Assembly: GCA_945609985.1 (NCBI GenBank)
Contig: CALYZQ010000002.1
Span: forward strand, 7,657-71,656
Reading direction: 5' to 3'
Length of the DNA: 64,000 bases
Source of the DNA: an uncultured Lachnospiraceae bacterium
GTDB lineage: Bacteria; Bacillota; Clostridia; Lachnospirales; Lachnospiraceae
A program made the translations under genes and the position numbers. Of the stretch, positions 32,028-42,612 are shown one piece after another (positions within the stretch are counted from its first letter, which is position 1; the number at the start of each line of letters is the position of its first letter). The notes below the pieces were generated by a model that was given only the letters and a program-made list of their open reading frames with translations, had not been told where the DNA came from and did no database searches.

Positions 32028-33740
32028 TTATAAGCTTGCAGCCTCATCAACAATCTTCTTGAGAGCAGCCAATGCTTCATCGGGAAGCTTATCATAGCCT
32101 TCCTTCTTGGTAGCGAAGCCTTCTACTGCATCTACACGATTCTGCATAGCGTTCTTAAGAGCCTCGGTATATGCCTTGTCAGCAAGGTTAGGAGTAAAGT
32201 CGCCAGTCTTGCCGGACCAGTCATTCATGATCTCGATATCAGAGAAAGGTCCCCACTGCTCGAACTTAGCCTTACCTTCAACGATAGTCTCAAGAATACC
32301 AAGAGTATCAGCAGGTTTAACCTTTGCACCCATGAAATCACCGGTGTTAACGATGTAGCAATCTACGTTCTTCTCTTCTACCAGCTTCTTGAACTTCTCA
32401 TAGTCGTTAACCAGAGGATAGGTTCTGAAAGGATTTGCATAAGGAACGATACGAAGTGCGTTCATATCGGTACCTGCAGCTACACGCTCTGCGGTAGAGG
32501 TCTTGGTTGCCAGAGTTGCACCCATAACAGAAGCAAGTGCAGCACCCTTAAGCTTAACTACGGGAGGAATGGTAGGATCCTTCATAATCCAGAAGATAGC
32601 ATTAACGGGAGCGTCAATCTTATCTACACGGTTAGGAGACCACAATTTGGACTTAATAGCACGTCCGTTACCATTTCTGATATCCTCGGTTACAAGCTGA
32701 AGCTTTCCGTCCTCATCAAGAGTTGCGGAACAGTTCTGAGCTGTAAGTAAGTACTGATTATCAGGGCAGCCTGTAGGATAATCTGCTGTCTTATCGAAGT
32801 ATGTAGGCTCAAGCGCTACAGATGCACAAGTATCGGTGTTGATGATGAATGCATCGTCATGAAGAACCTTAATCTCATACTTGCCGCCATGCTTAGCATG
32901 AGTAAGAGTAGACTTACCGGAACCTGACAAACCGTAAACAGATGCAACGTACTTGCTGCCATCTGCAAGGATGTATTCCTTCTGTCCACCGTGACAGGAA
33001 GCGTAACCGTTTCTGTTAGCCATAGCCCAAGCCATGGTAAGAGTACCCTTCTTGTGCTCACCGAAATACTTCATACCAAGAATTGCTGCGCAGTTCTGGT
33101 CAGTATCGAAGTAGCAAAGAGTCAAAGGATCGCTCAAGCAGCTGTAATCAACGTCAGGGCTGTCGGTAGGTACCCACTGAGGATTGGAGAAGATATAGAT
33201 ATCAGGCTCCTTACCATCACCGATGGGCTTGGAATTCTTGTACATCTCAACATATCTGTCAGACATATACTGGAAGTTCAGCATCCAGTTGTACATGATG
33301 TTCTCTTCACCTTCGGGAATTAACAGATGTGCCTTAGCCATGAACTCAGGGTCAAGACCGATGTAGCACTCTACATGATACATAGTATTCCAACGGGTCT
33401 TATAAATAGCATCCATAATAACCTTGTCAAGCTTTGCAGCATCTACGCCGGGCTCACCCTTAATACGACGAGCGTCTGCGTAACGACCGGTTACAGCACC
33501 ATCATTGAATAATAAAACCTTTGCGTCTCTCTCAAGACCAATCTCCTCTGCTCTGTAAACAGGCATATCGGTAACGATGGTACCGGGAGAATTCTTAGCT
33601 AATTCATAAGCTTCCTTTAAAGTATTAACCTTAACTACGTTGTTACCATAGAAAGCCGCTTCAATGATAGAACGTGTTTTGGAAAATCCGGGCTTGCCAG
33701 CGCCGATTTCAGAAATCGGATAATAAGCTTTTGTTGACAT
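32028..33740 (-). CDS. pckA: Phosphoenolpyruvate carboxykinase (ATP)
   Basis: YFGEHKKG, HGG, GLSGSGKST, LHDD, NGNGR. Confidence 0.9.
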   Translation of the reverse strand: MSTKAYYPISEIGAGKPGFSKTRSIIEAAFYGNNVVKVNTLKEAYELAKNSPGTIVTDMPVYRAEEIGLERDAKVLLFNDGAVTGRYADARRIKGEPGVDAAKLDKVIMDAIYKTRWNTMYHVECYIGLDPEFMAKAHLLIPEGEENIMYNWMLNFQYMSDRYVEMYKNSKPIGDGKEPDIYIFSNPQWVPTDSPDVDYSCLSDPLTLCYFDTDQNCAAILGMKYFGEHKKGTLTMAWAMANRNGYASCHGGQKEYILADGSKYVASVYGLSGSGKSTLTHAKHGGKYEIKVLHDDAFIINTDTCASVALEPTYFDKTADYPTGCPDNQYLLTAQNCSATLDEDGKLQLVTEDIRNGNGRAIKSKLWSPNRVDKIDAPVNAIFWIMKDPTIPPVVKLKGAALASVMGATLATKTSTAERVAAGTDMNALRIVPYANPFRTYPLVNDYEKFKKLVEEKNVDCYIVNTGDFMGAKVKPADTLGILETIVEGKAKFEQWGPFSDIEIMNDWSGKTGDFTPNLADKAYTEALKNAMQNRVDAVEGFATKKEGYDKLPDEALAALKKIVDEAASL

Positions 33741-33890
33741 ATTACGTCCTCCTTAAAAAATATATTTTTACCACGAAACTGCCTTTTGACAATGTCGTGT
33801 AATTTGACTCTGATAAATTGCCAAATTCCCTTGTATTATCTCAAATACTCAAAAAAAAGTCAATAACAGTATCCAAATTTTATATGGAAT

Positions 33891-35699
33891 TTACATTTGC
33901 TCATTTGCACCTGTTTCAAGACGAAGCCAGTCCGCTTCTTCCGCGGTAAGATAAGGGGAAATCTTTTCATAAACCATACTCTGATATACCCTGTAAAGCT
34001 TCTTTGTATCCTCCCTAAAAAGACCTTCCTCAATACCTTCCGGGTCAAGGGGAACCCATGTCAGCGTGTCAAAGTGCATAAACTGACCATATTCATTCTT
34101 TTCTCCATTCCTTACAACCAGCACATTTTCAATGCGGATACCGTGACTGCCCTCCACATAAACACCGGGCTCATTGGTCACATCCATACCGTGGGTAAGC
34201 ACTGCCTCTCCTGCTCCCTCCACATAACGCCATCGTAAGGACTGGGGACCTTCGTGGACATTCAGAAGATAACCAACGCCATGACCGGTACCGCATTTGT
34301 AATCAAGTCCCATATCCCACAGTGGTTTTCTCGCCAGAATGTCCAGATTTCTTCCGGTACAGCCGTAAAGCCATTTTGCCGCCGTCATCTGCAGCATTCC
34401 CTCAGCAACTGCGGTGTAATGACGCTTTATTTCCTCCGATATGGGACCCAGCACAATGGTCCTTGTCACATCCGTCGTACCGCCCATGTACTGTCCGCCG
34501 GAGTCCACAAGCAGCATCCCCTCCGCTTTCAGTACCGCATGATTCTCAGCAGTCGCCTCATAATGCATCATTGCAGCATTTTCCTTATAGCCTGCAATAG
34601 TGGGAAAGGACAAATCCAGAAATTCCGGTATCTGCCTGCGAAGACCATCCAGATACTCCGCCGCAGTCACCTCCGTAATTTCTGTTTTCCCGATGTTTTG
34701 CTTGAGCCAATAAATGAACTTGGTTACCGCCACACTGTCCTTTAGATAAATCTCCTCCATATGTGCAAGCTCCACCGGATTTTTCACCGCCTTCAAAAGC
34801 TCCGTTGGATTATTCTTTTCCACGATAGTACAGCTTTCTCCAAACAGCTTATAAAAGGTGTAGCTGACATAACGCTTATCCAGAAGGATTTTAGCATCAG
34901 CCGGAATGCCTCTCACAAACGCTTCCGCCCTGTCATATTCCTCCATCCTTACACCAGTCTCAGAAAGTGCCGTAAAAGCAGCCTCTTCCACCGCCTTTTT
35001 CTGCACAAACAGCACAGCTAACTTCTCGGTCACATAGGCGTAGGACATTGCCACAGGATTACACTCCACATCACTGCCTCTGATATTAAAAAGCCACATA
35101 ATATCATCCAGCTTAGAAAGAAACATCGCATTCGCACCTGCCTCAGCAAGCTTCTCACGAACACGTCCAAGCTTTGATGCCACACTCTCTCCTGCAAGCT
35201 CCTCGGTAAGTGCCCAAACCTTTCCTGCCGGAAATGCCGGACGCTCCTTCCACAGACTATCCGCCAAATCCTCTTGGTAGGAAATTGTAATCTGCTTTTC
35301 CTTAAGAAGCTTCTCATACTTTCTTCCCGTACTCATGGGAAGCACCCTTCCGTCAAAGCCGAGAGTCTGACCCGGCTTCATCTGCTCCTCAAGGAACTCT
35401 TCTATGGTTGGAACCCCTTCTTCCAGCATCTTAAAAAGAGTCACGCCGGTACCGGCAAGCTCCTTTTCAGCCTGAATAAAGTATCTTCCGTCCGTCCAGA
35501 GTCCGCCGCCCTCCTGCCATACCAGCAGTGTGCCGTTAGAGCCTGTAAAACCGCAGAAATAGTCCCTTACCTTGAAATAATCATTTACATACTCCGAGCT
35601 GTGAAAATCTGCGGTAGGAATCATATAGTAATCAATCCCTCTGTCAGCCATGCACTGACGCAGAAGTGCAAGCCTCTCCAAAATCACTTTATTTTCCAT
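33891..35699 (-). CDS. Aminopeptidase P (M24B, Xaa-Pro)
   Basis: DFHSSEY, WTDGRY, DSGGQY..GTTDVTRT, GHGVG, NEPG, GIRIEN. Confidence 0.93.
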   Translation of the reverse strand: MENKVILERLALLRQCMADRGIDYYMIPTADFHSSEYVNDYFKVRDYFCGFTGSNGTLLVWQEGGGLWTDGRYFIQAEKELAGTGVTLFKMLEEGVPTIEEFLEEQMKPGQTLGFDGRVLPMSTGRKYEKLLKEKQITISYQEDLADSLWKERPAFPAGKVWALTEELAGESVASKLGRVREKLAEAGANAMFLSKLDDIMWLFNIRGSDVECNPVAMSYAYVTEKLAVLFVQKKAVEEAAFTALSETGVRMEEYDRAEAFVRGIPADAKILLDKRYVSYTFYKLFGESCTIVEKNNPTELLKAVKNPVELAHMEEIYLKDSVAVTKFIYWLKQNIGKTEITEVTAAEYLDGLRRQIPEFLDLSFPTIAGYKENAAMMHYEATAENHAVLKAEGMLLVDSGGQYMGGTTDVTRTIVLGPISEEIKRHYTAVAEGMLQMTAAKWLYGCTGRNLDILARKPLWDMGLDYKCGTGHGVGYLLNVHEGPQSLRWRYVEGAGEAVLTHGMDVTNEPGVYVEGSHGIRIENVLVVRNGEKNEYGQFMHFDTLTWVPLDPEGIEEGLFREDTKKLYRVYQSMVYEKISPYLTAEEADWLRLETGANEQM

Positions 35700-35711
35700 G
35701 CAAAACCTCTC

Positions 35712-36377
35712 TTAATAGCCCTGTGTCTCCTCGCCCTTCAGCAAACCGACTGCCCTTGAGGTACCGATTCTGTCACAGCCAAGATTGATAAACATCTCCA
35801 AATCTTCTACAGTGGAAACACCGCCTGCCGCCTTCATTTTTACATCGGGGCCGATATGCTTTTTGAACAACTCGATATCCGCTTTGGTTGCACCGTCAGT
35901 ACCAAAACCCGTAGAGGTTTTGATATAGTCTGCACCCGCATTGGTAACAGCTTTACAGAGTGCAATCTTTTCTGCCTCCGTAAGATAACAGGTCTCAATA
36001 ATTACCTTTAAAATATGTTCACCGCAAGCCGCCTTCAAGGTGCGGATTTCCTCCTCCACCTTGTCAAAAAGACCATTTTTCACATCACTGATATTTACTA
36101 CCATATCAATTTCATTACAGCCATCTTTAAGCGCCTGCTCTACCTCAGCCACCTTCGCCTCAGTTACACTGTAGCCCAAGGGAAAGCCTACCACTGTACA
36201 AATATTGATTTTCTCACCGTAGGTATCGTGAATTCTCTTAATATAGCAGGGGGGCACACAGACACTGGCTGTCTGATACGCAATTGCCTCCTCACAAAGT
36301 ACCTGAATATCCTCCCATGTGGCAAACGCCTTTAACTGTGTATGATCTACCTTTTGTAACATTTCCTTTGCATTCAT
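35712..36377 (-). CDS. deoC: Deoxyribose-phosphate aldolase
   Basis: DHTQL, VGFPLG, EIDMV, KVIIET, IKTSTGF, KAAGG, RIGTS. Confidence 0.97.
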   Translation of the reverse strand: MNAKEMLQKVDHTQLKAFATWEDIQVLCEEAIAYQTASVCVPPCYIKRIHDTYGEKINICTVVGFPLGYSVTEAKVAEVEQALKDGCNEIDMVVNISDVKNGLFDKVEEEIRTLKAACGEHILKVIIETCYLTEAEKIALCKAVTNAGADYIKTSTGFGTDGATKADIELFKKHIGPDVKMKAAGGVSTVEDLEMFINLGCDRIGTSRAVGLLKGEETQGY

Positions 36378-36464
36378 GATGCATCTCCTCCAATCTCAGG
36401 ACACTTCATCCCACAATATACTGACATGTCCGTTTCTCACTCTAGATTGTAATACGTTTACCGC

Positions 36465-36502
36465 AAAAAAACAAGGCGGAACCCACTTGTTTCGGTTCCG
36501 CC
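36465..36502 (-). terminator. Terminator closing the SBP operon (left edge of island)
   Basis: ggcggaacc / ggttccgcc stem with T-run on minus strand. Confidence 0.7.
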
Positions 36503-36509
36503 CACTACT

Positions 36510-37778
36510 TTATTTTTGCTCATCCAGATACAACTGCACACGGCTTTGTATCATATTTGCAGCTTCCTCCAAATCCTTTTTCCCGTTAAAGTATTCCAGT
36601 GCCCCCAGAGTAACCATCTCCCTGATTTCATCCCACATTATATTGTCGGGAACAGCATTTTCCAAAGCAAGCATAATCTGCTCCTCCTGCCTCCTTGTAA
36701 GCACAAGCTTTTTGGGAAGTTCCATCATTATACCATCATGTACGGGATTATCCGATTCATCCGGTTCTCTCTTGGCTTCTGTCAGCTGCGCATCAAAGCT
36801 TTCACGCATGGCTGAAAATTCCATATTTCCAAAATCCCACGCCATATATTTCTCCAGAACATCCCATGCCGCATCCTTGTTTTTACTCTTTGCCAAAATT
36901 CCCATGGACATTGATGGAAGAAGTCTACATTTAAATTTTCCCTGTCCGGTAGGATATCCGCGCACTGTCAGTTCGTCCTGATATTCCTCTTCCATACGCA
37001 TGTAATCATTGAAGGAATTAATGGAAAACTCCAGCATGATGTTGCCGCCCTCTTCCACAATACTCTTCCAGTTCTCCGTGTGAGAGGAATCACGGTTTAA
37101 TGCCTTGATTTTGGTTAACAGCTCCTTAAACTCACTTCCGTTAAAGCTACACTTCCCCTGCTCAAAATCCACATATTCATCCAGACCGTAGCGCATACAG
37201 AAATTCAAAATTCCGTAGGAATCACCATCCCATTCCAGTAACACATCCGGATTCTCTTCAAAATAAGTGATGAACTCCTCTATACTCCATCCCTGCTTCT
37301 GCCCCATCTTGGAGGTACGTCCTCCCATGACCTGCATATTGAAATACTTAGGAAGACCATAGACTGCATCTTCTTTCTTCATAGCATCCAGCACAGGTTG
37401 CAGAAAATCCTCTTCGGACAGCACTTCACTTTTTTTCAGATAAGGTTCTAAATCCTCCAGCGCTTTCCCATCCATATAGGTCTGAAAAAAATTATAATTA
37501 ATCAATACCAAATCAGGACATCTGTCAGAGACAATTCTTGCGTTGATATTGGAAACCATTCTGTCATAGTTCGCCATATCCTCTGAAAAATCCTCGTATG
37601 TAATAAAATAATCCTCGCTCTCCTTATTGTAGGTGACGATAAACTCCTTCAATAAATTCTCCACCCTGTCGGTAGCCATGATTACGATTTCCTGCTTTCC
37701 GCCCTCGGTCTTTTTCGCACCGCATCCGACTAACATAAACAATCCTACAAGCAATATAACTCTTATCCATTTCTTCAT
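36510..37778 (-). CDS. Orphan solute-binding-protein-like lipoprotein (422 aa)
   Basis: Lipobox LVGC, PDLV, LEDLEPY, YGLP, C-terminal IQSRVQLYLDEQK; paralogue of 51673-52941. Confidence 0.85.
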   Translation of the reverse strand: MKKWIRVILLVGLFMLVGCGAKKTEGGKQEIVIMATDRVENLLKEFIVTYNKESEDYFITYEDFSEDMANYDRMVSNINARIVSDRCPDLVLINYNFFQTYMDGKALEDLEPYLKKSEVLSEEDFLQPVLDAMKKEDAVYGLPKYFNMQVMGGRTSKMGQKQGWSIEEFITYFEENPDVLLEWDGDSYGILNFCMRYGLDEYVDFEQGKCSFNGSEFKELLTKIKALNRDSSHTENWKSIVEEGGNIMLEFSINSFNDYMRMEEEYQDELTVRGYPTGQGKFKCRLLPSMSMGILAKSKNKDAAWDVLEKYMAWDFGNMEFSAMRESFDAQLTEAKREPDESDNPVHDGIMMELPKKLVLTRRQEEQIMLALENAVPDNIMWDEIREMVTLGALEYFNGKKDLEEAANMIQSRVQLYLDEQK

Positions 37779-37785
37779 CAGTCCG

Positions 37786-39060
37786 TTACTCCCTCAAATA
37801 CTCCTCCATTGCCTGTTGCACCAATGCAGCCGTCTCCTCCTCCGTCTGTTCCCCGTAAAAATATCCGTATAATGCATTTGCGGTACATACATAGATTTCA
37901 CTCATCTCATGATCGTAGAAAACAACATTTTCAATAAGCTTTCTTGCCTGTACCTCCTGCCTATCCGTCATGGCAGGATTGCCATATAATTCCCCGAACA
38001 GTTCAAACGCGGACATTTTTTGTCTTGCTGTCCTTTCCAATTCGATGTGATAATCCATGGTATCCTTTCTGATGGAAAAGCTGCCCATTGCACCACTGTC
38101 AACCTGCTCCTTTACTAACATATTCTGCACATCCTCAGACAAAAGATAGCGCAGAAATGCATAAGCTCCGTCCTTGTTTTCACAGCTGCTGTTCAAAAAT
38201 AAATTCTCTGTATAGCCGGTAGGGAATCCGATATACGTTACTTCGCCGCCAAAAACAGCTTCGTAATAATTCATATTGCAGAAAGCAAAATTGGCATACC
38301 AACCAAATTCTTCACCGTTATTAACACCCGTTTTATCATCAAAAAAAGAAGTTTTCTCCTGCTTCGCTTCATACGTCTTGGCAAACTTCAAAAAATCGTA
38401 AAACTCCTGTTGCATAAAGTTACAGGTTTTCTTATCCCAATCGATAAAATCCTGATTGGTTTTATCACACAGTACTGCGGAATTCACCAAATCCATACCA
38501 TTTAGACTGCTTGCGAGACACTTCGCCTCCGTGTTCTTCACACACTCCTGCATCTGCTTAATATCCCATTCCTCCAAACCATTACACCGCTCACTTGAGG
38601 ATATCAACACATGCACCGTCCACTGATAGGGAAAACCATAAAGCTTGTCATCATACATACCGTACCCAAACACTCCGGGAAGAAACAGCGTCTCCTTCTC
38701 CTCCTCTGAAAAGGCACCATCCCACGACTGTAAATATCCCGCAGCTATGTAATCAAATACATTCAAAAAATCAAGCGTCATGATATCCGGCCCTTTACCG
38801 GACTCAATTTCCTTCATGATCTTTTCCCTAAAAGCATTGTAATCACTTTTGTCCGAAAGTACGGTAATGTAATACTCCGTGCTCTGTTCATTAAAGCCTT
38901 CAAACACATCACTGTACAGTAAGGATAATGTATCACCCACAGCGATTGTGATTTCCTGTTTTTCCTTCTCTTCCACCTCATCAGGCTGTGGGGATTCTTC
39001 CCCGCAGCCTGTAAAGAACATACAAAATAAAATTAAGATTGTTAATAGTTTTTCCTTCAT
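37786..39060 (-). CDS. Orphan solute-binding-protein-like lipoprotein (424 aa)
   Basis: Lipobox FTGC, SGKGPDI, LYGFP, YIGFP; paralogue of 52961-54325. Confidence 0.85.
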   Translation of the reverse strand: MKEKLLTILILFCMFFTGCGEESPQPDEVEEKEKQEITIAVGDTLSLLYSDVFEGFNEQSTEYYITVLSDKSDYNAFREKIMKEIESGKGPDIMTLDFLNVFDYIAAGYLQSWDGAFSEEEKETLFLPGVFGYGMYDDKLYGFPYQWTVHVLISSSERCNGLEEWDIKQMQECVKNTEAKCLASSLNGMDLVNSAVLCDKTNQDFIDWDKKTCNFMQQEFYDFLKFAKTYEAKQEKTSFFDDKTGVNNGEEFGWYANFAFCNMNYYEAVFGGEVTYIGFPTGYTENLFLNSSCENKDGAYAFLRYLLSEDVQNMLVKEQVDSGAMGSFSIRKDTMDYHIELERTARQKMSAFELFGELYGNPAMTDRQEVQARKLIENVVFYDHEMSEIYVCTANALYGYFYGEQTEEETAALVQQAMEEYLRE

Positions 39061-39087
39061 ACTCCGAACCCCGCTAACTATATAGAC

Positions 39088-39150
39088 ATTATAACAGATA
39101 TGTCTCTAAATGCCATTAAGAACATCTTACAATTTCTTACAATTATCTTA
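39088..39150 (-). promoter_or_regulatory. Extended -10 with upstream TCTTACAA direct repeats
   Basis: TGtTATAAT at 39096-39088; tcttacaatt at 39125 and 39135; same arrangement at 54380-54438. Confidence 0.55.
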
Positions 39151-40269
39151 AAACTCCATAATCGTCATACCATCTCTGTCCTCAAACTCCACATTCACAT
39201 TTGCACGTTCCTTATCCGCATTATAAAAGGCACCTATATATGCATTTTCAAAGTGTTGATAGCACGATGTTTGTGTCTTAAAATCATAAATATAAATACA
39301 ATTGCTCTTATGGTCATTGATGTAGAGTTTGTCGTACAACATAACATCAAAATAATTCAGTTCTGACTCTGTATTTAATTTATAGCATTTTCCGCTGTTT
39401 ATTTCCAAAATATGAATAATGCCATCCGAATACTCACTAAACCAACCGATGTAGTCCTGATTGGAAAAACAACTTGCTATTTTCTGTCCTTTATCCAATT
39501 GATAGGAAAACACTTCTCCCGACTCCAGATCACGGCGTTTTACATATCTTTCTCCATCTTCTTCCGTAAAATAGGTGATTCCGTTATCTACAATTTTATA
39601 ACGCACCTGCGGAATGACCTTCTCCTCCAACGTACTGCACGCCTGCTTACTTATATCATAAATCATGATTTTATCAGAATCATTCCAAACGATATACCGG
39701 TTTGACATCTCAATACAGATATCCTGATCATATGTACCCAAATCACTCACTGCTCCTGTAGACAATTCATGCAGTACCAACTTATACCCTTCTTTAGGAA
39801 TCTGCTCCACCCAAGCTAAGTGTGTGTTTGTAACACGCAGTTCACTAATATAGTTGGCATCCTTTACACTATATAATAATTCATGCGTTTTTGAAATATA
39901 GTCATAATGACAAATATGCAAACCGTACCTATACTGTGCCATATCTTCCGAAAAACCGCTTACATAATACGCACCTTTATCATTTGTCACAAAACAACTA
40001 TTTCCAGGCAAATCTTCCGGTTTATCGGGGAGCATTCCAACTAAATTCACATTTTGCGGTATTGTTGCCAATTCCTTTACCAGTGTGCGTTCTTCCCCAC
40101 GCAGCATATCAAGTTTTATCACTTCCGATTCAGGCGAAGTTTCCTGCATCGCATCCTCAGTTAAGACTTCCGATTCGGTTGCCGTATCTGCAACCTCCTC
40201 TGTCTTGCCACCACACCCTGAACAAGACAAAATCACCATTATACCTATTAATGACAATACCTTATTCAT
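39148..40269 (-). CDS. Lipoprotein, probable beta-propeller (TolB-like repeats)
   Basis: Lipobox CSGC; repeated beta-strand units (YIVWND..IMIYDI, IHILEINSG, IYIYDFKT); fold inferred. Confidence 0.65.
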   Translation of the reverse strand: MNKVLSLIGIMVILSCSGCGGKTEEVADTATESEVLTEDAMQETSPESEVIKLDMLRGEERTLVKELATIPQNVNLVGMLPDKPEDLPGNSCFVTNDKGAYYVSGFSEDMAQYRYGLHICHYDYISKTHELLYSVKDANYISELRVTNTHLAWVEQIPKEGYKLVLHELSTGAVSDLGTYDQDICIEMSNRYIVWNDSDKIMIYDISKQACSTLEEKVIPQVRYKIVDNGITYFTEEDGERYVKRRDLESGEVFSYQLDKGQKIASCFSNQDYIGWFSEYSDGIIHILEINSGKCYKLNTESELNYFDVMLYDKLYINDHKSNCIYIYDFKTQTSCYQHFENAYIGAFYNADKERANVNVEFEDRDGMTIMEF

Positions 40270-40273
40270 ATCA

Positions 40274-42520
40274 TTATTTCCTCTCATCCAGATACAACTG
40301 TACCCTGTTATTGATTATCTTCGCCGTCTCCTGTGCAGTTCTTTCACCGTAAAAAAATGGTATACATTCTTCCTCAATGATTGTTATAATCTTGTCATAT
40401 CGACTATCATATGGCACGCATTTTTTAATTAATTCTTCCGACTTCAGATAGGCTTCATATTCCTTTTCATACTCAAAGTTATTACGCTCCATATCATTCC
40501 GCAAGGTAATGGCATCCCAACTTAAGATGTTTTGAATCTTTTTACTTACTATCCCTTGCAGATACTGCTCTACGGCATCGCTGTTCTTGCAATTTTTATT
40601 AATAACCAACATTCCGTCACATAACAAATAGTGCCCTGCACCATTTTCACTCAGATAACCTACTGGATGCAATACTTCTCCATACCGCAGATAGGTATCC
40701 ATATAATCTTCATTATATACGCCTCCTGAGATATACCCCATATACTCTCCCTTTTTCATCATTGAAACAGTTGTTGCAGTATCCGGATAATACTTTTCAT
40801 CAGCATACTTCATACATATTTCCAATATCTTTGCAAATTCCGGTGAGTCAAAATTGCATACACCCTTGTCCAAATCAACAAAATCTGACCCTGCCAATGA
40901 AATGTAAACCATTGCATACATCAATAATGCAACATTTGAGTCTCCCAAGGCATTAGCAAACAACTCTTCTCCCTGCCAGGCTTCTATCGTGGCAAGCATT
41001 TCCTCAAATGTCCATGAATCACCTTCCCAGACATGATTTTGCACAAGCAAGGTTGATACTTCTACTCCCATAGGGATTCCCCACATACCATCTGCATTTT
41101 CTCCAATGGACATTGCATTTGGCCTAAGCTTCTGCATTAAATCCTCAGGCAAAAACTCCTTTATATCAGCTATCAAACCTTTCTCCTGCAAAATCCACAT
41201 ATCTTCTTTGCTTACAAACAATATGTCTGCACCATTTCCGGCAATCATGTCCGCCACCATACGGTTACGATAATCCTCTTGCGCAGAATCAGTCTTCGTA
41301 TAAACAACATCATACTTTTCTAAATCTCTGCCTATCCTTGCAGTGATTGCTTTCAAATCAAGTATATCATCCTTTATAAGACTGGTTACTGCTAATTGCT
41401 CCTTAGGAGTCAATTCCTTTGCCAAAATTGCTATATATTGATCTGCTTATCCTTTATTCATAAGAAGCAGCTTACCGTCCTGAAGTACACCCAACTGATA
41501 ATCGGAACCCGACTCCAAAACTCTGTCTATTTTATTCGCACCAAGCTGATCAAGAGATAAAATTTTTATGCGTTCTCCTGTTTCCAGATTCCATTGAGTT
41601 ATGTTTTCACCACTCAGATAATACAGATAATTATGGTAAAAACCAAGCAACTGTTTTATGTTCCCTTTCATCGGCGCAGGCATCTGACGAAATTCCTTAT
41701 TTTCCTTATCAAACCAGAAGATGCTGTTTCCACTTTCTTTTTCCTTGAATAAGAAATAAAACTCCCCTTTCTCATCCAACGTAGGATAACAAAATATGCC
41801 ACTGTATTGTGTAGTATCTGCAATTAAGTTTCCTTCCTCATCTATCACATGAAGTACGTTAGTAGTTTCATTCTCCTCAAATACATAGAGAAATCCATCT
41901 ATATCGCAGAAAAACTCTCCCACAAGCACTCCATCTTTCAACCTTCCTGCTTGTATGAATGCATCCGTTACATTAAACTGTTTTTCACAAGCTCCGTTCT
42001 CATTCAGTATTAATACCTCACAATCAGTAATTAATTTCTGTTCCGCCACAGTTTCTCTTGTAACCAGCAGCACTATCGCCCTTCCGTCCGGCAACATCTG
42101 TGCATCCATCAACACCTGTCCTTCCTCATGGTGAAGTGTAGACACAAAGGTTTCCGAACCGTCAGGTGTCATTTTGTGCAGATGAAACGCTAAGTCTGTC
42201 TTTTCATGGTTGTGCTCTAAGCAAACTGAATACACCGTATCACCTACAAGCATTGCTGAGCTGCCTACCACATTCCTCTGTTCCTCCCAGTCAACGCTTT
42301 CATCATGGTGAAACACACGAAAGCCATCTACCTGCAACAATTGTGCCTCTGACATTTGTTCATCGCACTTCCACTCAGATTTTCGTACTTCAAACTGTGC
42401 TGACACCTGCATGATAGGAGCATCTGACTGCTCTGCTTGTGAAGGGTCTGCGGGTTCACCGCAGCCGGAAATAGCAAGCAGAATACTCACACTTAAAACA
42501 CTGAAAATTTTTCTAAACAT
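40274..42520 (-). pseudogene. Propeller-SBP fusion lipoprotein interrupted by in-frame TAA at 41447-41449
   Basis: MNKG*ADQYIAILAKEL aligns with MNEGYSDRYIAILANEL of the 42613 paralogue; ORFs 41447-42520 and 40274-41425 are in one frame. Confidence 0.88.
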
Positions 42521-42612
42521 ATATAATAAACCTCCCCAGTTTATTTTTCCTTAGAAACACAGGCAAAGCAGTCCTTAATATCGGGCTGCTTTGTGTGTAT
42601 TTTTTATGTTAC